A DNA stretch of 64,000 nucleotides, from IMG/VR virus record IMGVR_UViG_3300020197_000017, positions 4,793-68,792 of that record; one strand, 5' to 3'. Below the pieces are notes generated by a model that worked only from the letters and a program-made list of their open reading frames with translations, made no database searches and was not told the origin of the DNA. The DNA comes from a virus. Its lineage: Duplodnaviria > Caudoviricetes. Position numbers and translations under genes: made by a program. Positions 39,182-47,933 of the stretch are shown one piece after another. How positions within the stretch are numbered: the stretch's first letter is position 1; every line of letters starts with the position of its first letter.

Positions 39182-39502
39182 TCAGAGCTCCGTGTCGTCA
39201 TCGACGTTCTGCGTGGGCGTCCCATCCTCGCTGGCGGCGGCCAAGGGAGAGACTTCGGTGGTGGCCAGACCGACGATGCCCATCATGTGCACGGCAACCT
39301 CGTGCATGAGGCCGGTCATGTCGTCCACCATCTCCTGGGGAAGCGAGATTAGGGTCTCCTGGTCTCGAGCCAGCACGTCGACCTGCTTCAACGTCTCGTT
39401 CACCACCACGACGTTGTAGCGGACGACGAACCCGGCTCCGTGCTGGGCCGGCGGGGTGAGCACGCCCGTCACCTGGACCTCGACGCGTACACCCGCGCGC
39501 AT
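39182..39502 (-). CDS. Hypothetical protein
   Basis: 106-aa ORF abutting both neighbours. Confidence 0.65.
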   Translation of the reverse strand: MRAGVRVEVQVTGVLTPPAQHGAGFVVRYNVVVVNETLKQVDVLARDQETLISLPQEMVDDMTGLMHEVAVHMMGIVGLATTEVSPLAAASEDGTPTQNVDDDTEL

Positions 39503-39503
39503 G

Positions 39504-39848
39504 CTACCGCTTCCGCCGGCCGAGGGCGGCCTGGTAGAGCGCCTCGGCGACCTTCACGGCGTCCTCGGTGTACTGGGACGCCAGAGCCGCGGCGATGTCG
39601 GACGCGCGCTCCACGTCTTCCTCCGACTGGTTGACCGTCAGCGAGACGGTGCAGTGCGCGCCGAAGCCGGCGCCGAAGTCCTTGTCGCTCAGGTCGAAGG
39701 AGCAGGTCACGCGGGCCTGTCCATCGCCGACCAGAGCAGCCAGCCTATCACGTGGCATGGGCACGTCCTCCTCGGTGATGTTCTTGTCGAAATAGCGGCG
39801 TTCCTCGCCGTGCACTACCGTGTAGTGCACGGCGCCCAGCATGACCAC
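39504..39848 (-). CDS. Hypothetical protein
   Basis: 114-aa ORF filling the operon gap with typical codon usage. Confidence 0.65.
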   Translation of the reverse strand: MVMLGAVHYTVVHGEERRYFDKNITEEDVPMPRDRLAALVGDGQARVTCSFDLSDKDFGAGFGAHCTVSLTVNQSEEDVERASDIAAALASQYTEDAVKVAEALYQAALGRRKR

Positions 39849-39856
39849 GGCGGCGC

Positions 39857-40333
39857 CTACTTGAGCTCGGGCGGGAGGACCACCGACGCGGTGCCGGTCT
39901 TGGTCTTCAGGTAGGTCTCGTACCGGATCCGCTGCTTCGTGGGGAGGCGCGCGATCTGGTGCGGCTCCACCTTGTACTTGAGAACACCGAGCTTGAGGAG
40001 CTCGTCGATCTCGCCCACCTCGATGGCCCGGTCGATGAGACCGAGGTCGTCGACCTCGGTCGTGGTACTCGCCGACTTCACCTCGATGGCGTGCCCATTG
40101 ATCATGTGCAGACCCTTGCCCATCGGGCGGATGGCCTTCTTGACATCCTCCTGCAGCCCGGGGAGCTCGGTCTCGGCCTCTTCCAGCTCCCGGATCACGT
40201 CCGGCATCTGCTCGCGGAGCGCCGCCTTGATGGTGATGATGGTGTTCTTCCGGCTCTCGAGGGCGGCGACCGCTCGCTCCAGCAGGTAGAGGCCGTCGGC
40301 GGGCTCGTCGTTCTCGCTATTGCTGCGGCTCAT
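39857..40333 (-). CDS. Hypothetical coiled-coil protein
   Basis: Start MSRSNS at 40333 (GGAG upstream, ATGA overlap with the UDG stop). Confidence 0.7.
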   Translation of the reverse strand: MSRSNSENDEPADGLYLLERAVAALESRKNTIITIKAALREQMPDVIRELEEAETELPGLQEDVKKAIRPMGKGLHMINGHAIEVKSASTTTEVDDLGLIDRAIEVGEIDELLKLGVLKYKVEPHQIARLPTKQRIRYETYLKTKTGTASVVLPPELK

Positions 40334-41073
40334 CTCTTCTCCAGGAAGGAACGCCCGTAGGCGTTCCGGTGTAGGTTGTCGACCAGGTGCAACCCGTTCT
40401 TCAGGTCGCAGATGGTCTGGTAAGTCTTGCCCTTCTTGCTCTTGACCAGCTTCTGGTCTCCCTCGCGCAGGAGGTACGACGGAAGCAGGATGACGAGCAT
40501 TGGGTAGCGGACGGGCGTACCCGTCACGGGACTGGGGATGCTGATGTCGTAGATCGTGCCGCGCTTGTCCGTGATGGCCACCGCCTTCCCCAGGAGGGCT
40601 GTGGCCGCGGTCTTGCCGGCAGCGATGATCAGGAGCGGGTCCACGGCGTAGATGGTTCGGTGCAGCCGGTCGAGGCACTCCTTGACCTCGGCCGTCGTAG
40701 GGGTGCGGTTCTCCTCGGGTCGACACAGGACCGCGTTGGTCCAGAAGATGTACCGATCGAGGTAGTCGCGGAGCTTCATGAAGAACAGGGAGTCCTCCTG
40801 GATCTGTGAGAGGTTGTTGAGCTCGTCATCTTCCGGCCACGCCTTCCGCAGCATGTCCATGAGGAGCTGCCCCGACTCCCCGAGGAAGGCGGCGCCCTCC
40901 TCGTCCTCCAACGCGCCCGGCGCCTCGCCGATCATGACGATCGGCGCCGTGCTGCTCCCGCTCCCGAACACGACCTGGGTCCGGGAATCTTTGAGATACG
41001 TGCACCGCTCGCACGCGTCGTACTCGTCCGAGAGGTCCTCGAGGGCCTTCCTGCCGCAGGTCTCGAACGGCAT
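40330..41073 (-). CDS. Family 4 uracil-DNA glycosylase-like protein
   Basis: CERC, VVFGSG, IGEAPG, G.SGQLL, TNAVLCRP..NRTP, Fe-S cysteines. Confidence 0.9.
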   Translation of the reverse strand: MPFETCGRKALEDLSDEYDACERCTYLKDSRTQVVFGSGSSTAPIVMIGEAPGALEDEEGAAFLGESGQLLMDMLRKAWPEDDELNNLSQIQEDSLFFMKLRDYLDRYIFWTNAVLCRPEENRTPTTAEVKECLDRLHRTIYAVDPLLIIAAGKTAATALLGKAVAITDKRGTIYDISIPSPVTGTPVRYPMLVILLPSYLLREGDQKLVKSKKGKTYQTICDLKNGLHLVDNLHRNAYGRSFLEKR

Positions 41074-41074
41074 G

Positions 41075-41446
41075 TCAGCGCCTCGGTCCCATTCCCGGCA
41101 GGAGCAGCCCGGTGCTCCCCGTCATGACGCGGTCGATCTCGACCATGCTCCTGCACTGGCTGAGGTCGAGGTAGGCGTCGACGCGGACCACGACCTTCGT
41201 GGGCTTCTCGAACGGCCCGATCGGCAGCGGGACCACCGTCATCTCGAGGTCCTCGCCCGCACGTGGCCGGTGCTGGATGACGATCTCGTACGCGTCCTTG
41301 AGCGCGACGTAGCCCTCCTCCGCTGCGAGCGGGGTGTGCGCCTCGCGGTCGAGCTTGCCAACGTAGTAGTACCTGTCGGACCGGACTCCGACGAGGCCGG
41401 CTACGCCTTCCACGTACGGAGGGCCTTGGAGTGTTTGCTGTCCCAT
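41075..41446 (-). CDS. Hypothetical protein
   Basis: Start MGQQTL at 41446 with AAGGAG SD; 123 aa. Confidence 0.65.
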   Translation of the reverse strand: MGQQTLQGPPYVEGVAGLVGVRSDRYYYVGKLDREAHTPLAAEEGYVALKDAYEIVIQHRPRAGEDLEMTVVPLPIGPFEKPTKVVVRVDAYLDLSQCRSMVEIDRVMTGSTGLLLPGMGPRR

Positions 41447-42843
41447 GTGTCTCCTTTGATTTTCCAGCCAGAGGTTCGGCACCATTTCAGGACGGACCGG
41501 AGCATTCCGAAGCTCTGCTTGACGCCGCGGTCGGAGAAGATGTCTACGACCGGGTCGAGCTTGCCGCGGAGCGGTCGGAGCACGCGCCCCACCGCCTGCA
41601 CCCACTCAGTGGGTGCGTAAGAGTCGACCGCGAGCGGGGTGGTCATGACCAGTGCGCTGAGCGCGGGGCGGTTGTAGTTCTCCTTGCCGACGTGCAGGGT
41701 CGCGACCACTACGTCGTAATCGTTCAGCTGACGTAGACGCTCCTGTGCGTCCTTCTCGTCGCCGGTGATCCCGCCGCACCGGATACCCTCATCCGTGATC
41801 AGTCCGACGAGGGTGAAGACGTGGGCCTTCGAGTGGCTCAGGACGTACACCTTGTGCCCTTCACGAGTTCTTCTGACCACGACGTCCACGATCTTGCGGT
41901 TCCGCTGGTCGTCCGCCGCCAGCTTCCCGCGCAGCTTCGAGACGTTCGGCATGCCCTTCACGTCGCAGATGTCCGGGTCGTCCTCGGCTATCACCGTATC
42001 CGTCTCGTGCAGCCAGACCGTTGGCACGAGCGAGTCATCGGACGGGTCGTCGTAGAGCACCGGGCCTATGTGGTAGAGCACGATGCCCTCGCAGCGGTCC
42101 CGTCGCTTCAGCGTTGCGGTCAGCCCGAGACGCTGACCGTTCGTCAGGTCGGACCCGCGGGCGAACCACTCTGCGGCCTGGTGGTGCACCTCGTCGTAGA
42201 TGGTGAGCCCGTAGTACGAGTGGAAGTCGTGCGGGAGCTTGCCGGCCTCCGCGCGCTTCACCAGCGTCTGGATGGTGGAGAACACCACGTCTCGCCGATA
42301 ATCCAGCCGGTCTCCGAGCACCCAACCGACCTCTCCATCCATGTGGAAGAGCTCGCGAAGCTCGCGCTCCCAGTTCCGCAGGTGCGCCTCCTGGGCAGAG
42401 ACCACGAGTACGGGCGCGCCGATCTCGCAGGCGTAGCGGAGCCCCAGCACGGTCTTCCCCTTCCCGGTGTCGAGGCGTAGGACGCCGTCCTGGCCATCCG
42501 CGGCGGCCTGCTGCAGCGCAGCCCACGCCGGGATCTGGTTAGGTCTGAACGCGAAGGAGTCCCGCACACGCAGGGTGCTGGCGCGGAAGGTCTGGGGCCG
42601 GAGATCGACTACCGAGTCGACCCCCAGCCGAGGCAGGTCCACTCGCCGCACGTAGTTGCGCGGTACCTCCAGGTGGTGCGGGTGCCGCCGTACCAGGATC
42701 CTGGGCTCCATCCCGGCCTCGATCCCGAAGGTGAGGGCGCGCACGATCGGCGCCTCCGTTACGGCACTCCGCGGCAAGAACAGCGACGCGCCGATGTAGG
42801 CCACGTCTGGATCAAGAATGGGCAGGCGGAGCCGCATCGTCAA
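41401..42843 (-). CDS. Superfamily 2 DNA helicase (UvsW/ResIII-like)
   Basis: TGKGKT, YDEVHH, GLTAT, QAVGRVLR. Confidence 0.92.
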   Translation of the reverse strand: MTMRLRLPILDPDVAYIGASLFLPRSAVTEAPIVRALTFGIEAGMEPRILVRRHPHHLEVPRNYVRRVDLPRLGVDSVVDLRPQTFRASTLRVRDSFAFRPNQIPAWAALQQAAADGQDGVLRLDTGKGKTVLGLRYACEIGAPVLVVSAQEAHLRNWERELRELFHMDGEVGWVLGDRLDYRRDVVFSTIQTLVKRAEAGKLPHDFHSYYGLTIYDEVHHQAAEWFARGSDLTNGQRLGLTATLKRRDRCEGIVLYHIGPVLYDDPSDDSLVPTVWLHETDTVIAEDDPDICDVKGMPNVSKLRGKLAADDQRNRKIVDVVVRRTREGHKVYVLSHSKAHVFTLVGLITDEGIRCGGITGDEKDAQERLRQLNDYDVVVATLHVGKENYNRPALSALVMTTPLAVDSYAPTEWVQAVGRVLRPLRGKLDPVVDIFSDRGVKQSFGMLRSVLKWCRTSGWKIKGDTWDSKHSKALRTWKA

Positions 42844-43313
42844 TCTTCCTCCTCCTCGTCCTCGTCGCGGTGCCGAGTGCTGCGCTTCGGCTTCCGTGCC
42901 CGTTCCTCGAAGACGTGCTTGAAGGGATCCCGGTAGGGCGCGCGCGGGATCTGGTCCATCGCGAAGATACCCTCGACCATGCCTGCGCGGATCCCTGCCA
43001 GGGCCCCGTTGAACATCAACGCCTCGAAGAAACCCAGCGCCTCGTCGTTCCGCTCCACGAAGCTCTCCGGGTCCGGCGTGACTGCGATGCTGTTCCCCGG
43101 GCCCTTTCGTCCGGCGGAGCGGCGGTCATCCCTGTCGTCCCGATCGTCTCGCCGACTATCCCGCTCCCGCTTGTCCCGCAGGTTGTTCTTGACGATGACG
43201 GCGCACGTCGCCTGCCAGCGGCAGTTGCGGCAGATGCGGTCGTTCTCGTCGTGTTCTCGTTCATCTCCGAAGCAACTGGGCCTGCGGAGCGTGTTTTCTT
43301 CATAGCGAGCCAC
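42840..43313 (-). CDS. Hypothetical Cys-motif protein, first gene of the replication block
   Basis: CFG...CRNCRWQATC; RD-rich stretch; AGGAGG upstream of GTG. Confidence 0.75.
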   Translation of the reverse strand: MARYEENTLRRPSCFGDEREHDENDRICRNCRWQATCAVIVKNNLRDKRERDSRRDDRDDRDDRRSAGRKGPGNSIAVTPDPESFVERNDEALGFFEALMFNGALAGIRAGMVEGIFAMDQIPRAPYRDPFKHVFEERARKPKRSTRHRDEDEEEED

Positions 43314-43391
43314 TTAGTGCCCTCCTGGTTCGACTCTCTTATGCCGGGGTATGTTACGGTCTGCACATCGACCCCTTCCGTCGAGGTAGAG
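43314..43391. promoter_or_regulatory. Divergent promoter region between replication and head blocks
   Basis: 78-bp gap between divergent genes; - strand GGCATAAGA (43337-43345) upstream of AGGAGG. Confidence 0.65.
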
Positions 43392-44411
43392 ATGCGTGTT
43401 CTCGATGTTGCCGACGACTTCGGCGCCTTCCTCAAGGCGGCCATGCCGGTCATGCAGATGGGGCTGGTCAAGACCGCCGCCTGGCGTGAGCCCAGCGCGC
43501 TCCGACCTCGGGACGGTGCGCTCATCCTCATCGACACCGACGGCAAGGAGTACGTGAAGTACGCGTGCTTCGATCCCGGGAATACGGCGGTCTCCATGCT
43601 CTACCTCGAGCACGCGCGACCGCACCTCAACCCGGCCGCCATCAAGGTCGCGGCCACCACCCTCGCCGCGGCCGCGCAGGACTGGGGGCTCCCCGTACCC
43701 TCCGAGATCGCGAAGATGGCCAGCATTGAGCTGAGCCCGGAGGACCAGCGCCACGTCGTCGATGCACGGCGCGTGCATTACCACCCGCCGAAGGTGGCGG
43801 CCGCTCCGCGGAAGTCGGAGGGGCCGTTCGCGAAGCTCGCTGGCGCGAAGCTGCAGTGGGCCGACATGGACCCGTTCGCGCGGCGCGAGGTTGCGTTGGA
43901 GCTCACCAAGGCGGCGTCGGCCGTCCCGCTCTCGATCCCGGACCACTTCTACCGGTACGCCGGTGAGCGTCTCAGCGGGAAGTTCGCGTCCTACATGCGC
44001 GAGCGGCTCGACTATGTGAGCGACCCCGAGGTGGCCGAGGGGTACCAGACCTTGGCCAAGATCGCCGAGGCATGCACGCCCGACTCCGTCGTGCAGTCGC
44101 TGTACGCGCTCGACGAGCTCGCAGGGCTGCGCTGGGGCGGCGGAGACCGCTACGGCGAGAAGCTGGCTGACCCCGTGCGGTGCGTCTACGACTGCAACAA
44201 GATCGCCAGCTTCTCGTGGAACCACGGGGCCGAGGCCACCAACGAGAACGAGCTCTACGACATGGTTCACGACCCGCGCCGCCTGATGCGGCTCAAGGGC
44301 ACCTTCACGGACGAGCTGTGTGCCCGCATCGAGAAGGACCCGGTCGGTACGTTCAAGGCCATGCCCCACGAGCAGAAGGTGATCCTGTCGCGCATGGCTC
44401 GCGAGGTGTAG
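43392..44411 (+). CDS. Hypothetical head-associated (scaffold/core-like) protein rich in K-x-A motifs
   Basis: ATG 43392 with GAGG; contains KTAA, KVAA x2, KMAS, KLAG, KAAS, KIAE, KIAS; near the portal. Confidence 0.7.
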   Translation: MRVLDVADDFGAFLKAAMPVMQMGLVKTAAWREPSALRPRDGALILIDTDGKEYVKYACFDPGNTAVSMLYLEHARPHLNPAAIKVAATTLAAAAQDWGLPVPSEIAKMASIELSPEDQRHVVDARRVHYHPPKVAAAPRKSEGPFAKLAGAKLQWADMDPFARREVALELTKAASAVPLSIPDHFYRYAGERLSGKFASYMRERLDYVSDPEVAEGYQTLAKIAEACTPDSVVQSLYALDELAGLRWGGGDRYGEKLADPVRCVYDCNKIASFSWNHGAEATNENELYDMVHDPRRLMRLKGTFTDELCARIEKDPVGTFKAMPHEQKVILSRMAREV

Positions 44412-44413
44412 GC

Positions 44414-45202
44414 ATGCCGACGCTCGAGGCCCTACTTGGAGATCGAACTACATCTCCGCTGGCCCTTATGCGCGGTCTCACTGCGCGTTTCGGGCTTGAC
44501 TGGCTGACCTGGGAGCCGGACGCCCTCCAGATGACCCTGGAGCGCGAGCTCGGCGTGCAGGTCCTGCCGGCCGTGATGAGCCTGGCCCTGGCCGGGGCCG
44601 CCGTCGCGCAGCACGACATGTTCTGGCAGAACTGGGAGCACTTCCACTTCCTGACCCAGGCGCTCAACGGGCAGGTCCCCGACTTCAAGAACCACCAGGA
44701 GCTCTCCGTCGGGCAGATGATGCGCGCCGTTCGCGTGGCGGAGCAGATCCGTGAGGACCTCGGAGGCCTGTCGTCGCAGGTCCCCTTCTCGGAGGAGGTC
44801 GCGCGGTACGTCGCTACGCAGGCGCTGCAGGCGGGTGTCTGGTACCTGCCTCCGCCCCTCGACTTCGCGACGCGCCATGCGAGCGGACTGCGCTACCGGT
44901 GTAAGGACTGCGGCACGGTCTCCGAGGTGCTGGTGGACGACGGCATGTGCGACGTCTGCGTCGACCGCTTCAACACCAGCAGGCTCGGTGCCTGGCGCCC
45001 GGATCCAGAACGACTCGCGAAGGGCTGGGGGAGCAACATCGAGTACTTCGAGGCGAACCCCACGGCCCCAGTCGCGAAGCGCCTGAAGGAGTTGACCGAG
45101 CACCCGGGACGCACGTTGCAGGAGACGCAGACGGACATCTGCGTGAGCCGGCTCCTCGCCGCGATAGAGTACGCCAACCAGCCTGGTGCAGGTTTCACAT
45201 GA
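44414..45202 (+). CDS. Hypothetical protein with CxxC...CxxC insert
   Basis: ATG 44414 (MPTLEALL), GAGG upstream; CKDC...CDVC. Confidence 0.75.
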   Translation: MPTLEALLGDRTTSPLALMRGLTARFGLDWLTWEPDALQMTLERELGVQVLPAVMSLALAGAAVAQHDMFWQNWEHFHFLTQALNGQVPDFKNHQELSVGQMMRAVRVAEQIREDLGGLSSQVPFSEEVARYVATQALQAGVWYLPPPLDFATRHASGLRYRCKDCGTVSEVLVDDGMCDVCVDRFNTSRLGAWRPDPERLAKGWGSNIEYFEANPTAPVAKRLKELTEHPGRTLQETQTDICVSRLLAAIEYANQPGAGFT

Positions 45203-45798
45203 ACGCTGACGTCTACAGGACCTGCTTCGCAGAACTCAGCAAGGCCGCCTCGCTGGGCGGCGCCGCCCGCGCCGTAGGGAACTTCGCCCGCGATGCCGGA
45301 GAACTCACACTGCGTGGGTTCACACCTTCCGGAATCCGGGAGGGCTTCCAGGCCGGTAAGCAGCAGCTCCTGCACGGGGACGCATTCTCGCGTATCGGGG
45401 TGGGCGTAGCGGTTCCGTTCACGGCATGGGACACGGCGAACACCCTTCGCACCAAGACGGACCCTGTGAGCGGCAAGCCCATCGGAGTGTTCGAGCGCGG
45501 TGCAACCGCCCTGGGGAAGGTCACCTCTGGGGTGGCAGGCATGACCGCGTTGAACCATGGAGGTCTTTTTCGCGGGCTCGGGGTCGCGATGGCTGCGGGG
45601 CTCGGCACGGACATGATTACGCGGCACGCGGGACGGTTCCTTGATCGGAAGTTGATGCCGACGGCGCCGCAGGGCGGCGCCGCGATCGGGCGCATGAGCA
45701 GTATGTACACCGCGCGCCCGACCGGGCGCATGGGCAGTATGTACGCCGCGCACCCAGCGACTGCCGCTGGCGGTACACCCGTCGCTCGGGGGGCGTGA
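45199..45798 (+). CDS. Gly/Ala-rich, possibly membrane-active protein with leader ending ELSKAA
   Basis: ATGA-coupled; MNADVYRTCFAELSKAAS; hydrophobic Gly-rich segments; 36-bp duplicated unit at 45687-45755. Confidence 0.7.
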   Translation: MNADVYRTCFAELSKAASLGGAARAVGNFARDAGELTLRGFTPSGIREGFQAGKQQLLHGDAFSRIGVGVAVPFTAWDTANTLRTKTDPVSGKPIGVFERGATALGKVTSGVAGMTALNHGGLFRGLGVAMAAGLGTDMITRHAGRFLDRKLMPTAPQGGAAIGRMSSMYTARPTGRMGSMYAAHPATAAGGTPVARGA

Positions 45799-47933
45799 TG
45801 AGCATCGGTGTCCTCGGCGGCGACGCCAGCCGCTTCACCCCGCGCCAGGCCACGTCCTACTGGACGAGCCGCGGGTACGGCGTCCGCTACCCGTCTCCGT
45901 TCTTCGACGTCGCTCAACAGTTCCTCCCCGAGAACGTCCACCAGCTGCACACCTGGTGTCGGTACTACTTCCTCACGAACCCGGTGATCAACGTCGCCTG
46001 CCAGAAGATGGCGGAGTACCCGGTGACGCCGCTGGTCTGGGAGACAGACGACGACCAGCTCGGGAAGCTGTACCTCGACCTCGAGGAGCAGTTGAAGCTG
46101 CGGCAGTTCCAGGTCGAGATCGGCCTGGACTACTTCGTCTACGGCAACGCCTTCGCCAGCGTCTTCTTCCAGCTGGAGAAGTACCTCATCTGCAGACACT
46201 GCCAGGAGCGGGTGCGTGCCTCGAAGAACCGGAGCCGCTACAAGTGGCGCGGGGGCCGGTTCTACCTGCACTGCCCGAAGTGCGCTGTCGAGGATTACGC
46301 CGACCAGGCCGACAACTACCCGCGCAACGCGCGAGGGGCCCGCCTCGTCCGCTGGAACCCCGAGAACATCGAGATCAAGTACAACGAGATCACCGGCAAC
46401 AGCCGGTACTACTTCCGCCTGCCGAGGAGCGTCGTCAACGATGTCCGGCTCGGCGACCCCGAGACGATCGAGACCCTCCCCTACCAGTTCCTCGAGGCGG
46501 CGCGCACGAACCGCGCGCTCCTGTTCCACCCCGACAACTTCTTCCACCTGAAGCGCCCCACCATCGCCCAGAAGGACCAGGGCTGGGGGATGCCGCTGAT
46601 CTTCCCGCTCCTCAAGGACGCCTTCTACATGCAGGTCATGAAGAAGGCCCAGGAGAGTCTGCTTCTCGAACACGTCGTTCCCCTGCGCATCATCTTCCCC
46701 GGGCCCACCACCGGCGGCAACGATGGACCCTTCGGCGCGTACAACCTCGTCAACTGGAAGCAGAAGGTCGAGGTCGAGATGGCGATGTGGAAGCGGGACC
46801 ATAACTACATCCCGATCCTCCCGATGAACATCGGGTACCAGCAGATCGGCGGGCAGGCGAAGGCGCTCATCCTGCACCAGGAGTTCCGCATTCACGCCGA
46901 GGCGATGCTGGCGGGCGCAGGCATCCCCGTAGAGTTCGTCTACGGCGGCTTGCAGTGGTCGAGCTCCAATACCTCGCTGCGCGCTCTCGAAAACACCTTC
47001 CTGGGCTACAACAAGGAGCGGTACAACCTCACGCGCTTTGTCATCGACAAAGTCGCCTCCCACATGGGGTGGCCGCGCATCCCCTTCCGCTTCGAGAAGT
47101 TCCGCATGGCGGACGACCTGCAGCGGGCGATGTTCTACTTCCAGCTCAACCAGGCGAGCAAGGTCTCCGACCAGCGTCTGCTCGAGGAGATCGGCGAGGA
47201 CTTCGACACCGAGCAGGCGCGGCTCACCGCCGAGATGCGGAAGCAGGTCACGACCCAGCGCGCCACGCAGCTCGCGTCTGCCGACATCCAGGGCGCCGCA
47301 ATGCTCCGTACGTCGCGGTACCAGGCCAAGGCGACCGAGATCACGATGAAGGCGCAGGCCTCCACGCAGATGGACATCCAGCAGGAGCAGGCGGCCATGG
47401 GGATGGTCCCCGGTGCCGCGCCTGCGGGCGATCCGGCGGCAGCGGCAGCCAGCGGTGCTCCCGCAGCTGGCGATCCAGCAGCAGGTGCGCAGCAGCCCGA
47501 GGCAGCCCCCGGAGCAGCGCCAGGTGCACCCGCGGGTGCACCTGGGCAGGACGCCGTGCAGCAGACCCCGGGGGTGCCCGAGGGGGCAACGCTCTACGAC
47601 GAGAACGCGGCGACCCCCAACGCATCCCGAGGGCCTACCCCGATGGCGGGTCTCGAGTCCACGCTGCAGATGGGACAGGGCGGCTTCGACATGCGCTACG
47701 TCGCCCAGCGTGTCGCTGCCTACATGAACACGCTGAAGCAGCAGCCCGGCGGCGAGCAGCTGATGTACCAGGAGCTCAATAAGCTGCAGATGGAGAGCCC
47801 GCAGCTCTACCAGATGGTCATCCAGCTGCTGAACAGCAGCGGCTCGGCGCGGAACCCGTTAGACCCGCTCAAGTCCCCCATCACGCCACGGTCCGGTGCG
47901 CAGGTCGACGCAAGCCGGGCAGTGGGAGGTTAA
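45795..47933 (+). CDS. Phage portal protein with Zn-finger-like insertion and Q/A/P-rich C-terminus
   Basis: NPVINVACQKMAEYP, DYFVYGNAF, FFHLKRP...GWGMPLI..LL, MLAGAGIPVEFVYGG. Confidence 0.82.
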   Translation: MMSIGVLGGDASRFTPRQATSYWTSRGYGVRYPSPFFDVAQQFLPENVHQLHTWCRYYFLTNPVINVACQKMAEYPVTPLVWETDDDQLGKLYLDLEEQLKLRQFQVEIGLDYFVYGNAFASVFFQLEKYLICRHCQERVRASKNRSRYKWRGGRFYLHCPKCAVEDYADQADNYPRNARGARLVRWNPENIEIKYNEITGNSRYYFRLPRSVVNDVRLGDPETIETLPYQFLEAARTNRALLFHPDNFFHLKRPTIAQKDQGWGMPLIFPLLKDAFYMQVMKKAQESLLLEHVVPLRIIFPGPTTGGNDGPFGAYNLVNWKQKVEVEMAMWKRDHNYIPILPMNIGYQQIGGQAKALILHQEFRIHAEAMLAGAGIPVEFVYGGLQWSSSNTSLRALENTFLGYNKERYNLTRFVIDKVASHMGWPRIPFRFEKFRMADDLQRAMFYFQLNQASKVSDQRLLEEIGEDFDTEQARLTAEMRKQVTTQRATQLASADIQGAAMLRTSRYQAKATEITMKAQASTQMDIQQEQAAMGMVPGAAPAGDPAAAAASGAPAAGDPAAGAQQPEAAPGAAPGAPAGAPGQDAVQQTPGVPEGATLYDENAATPNASRGPTPMAGLESTLQMGQGGFDMRYVAQRVAAYMNTLKQQPGGEQLMYQELNKLQMESPQLYQMVIQLLNSSGSARNPLDPLKSPITPRSGAQVDASRAVGG

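Noticed and set aside
42870-43391. Upstream-extended starts from the ORF track (42870, 44180, 44947, 49607, 19571)
   Set aside because: They overlap neighbouring genes; downstream ATGs with SD or stop-start coupling fit better
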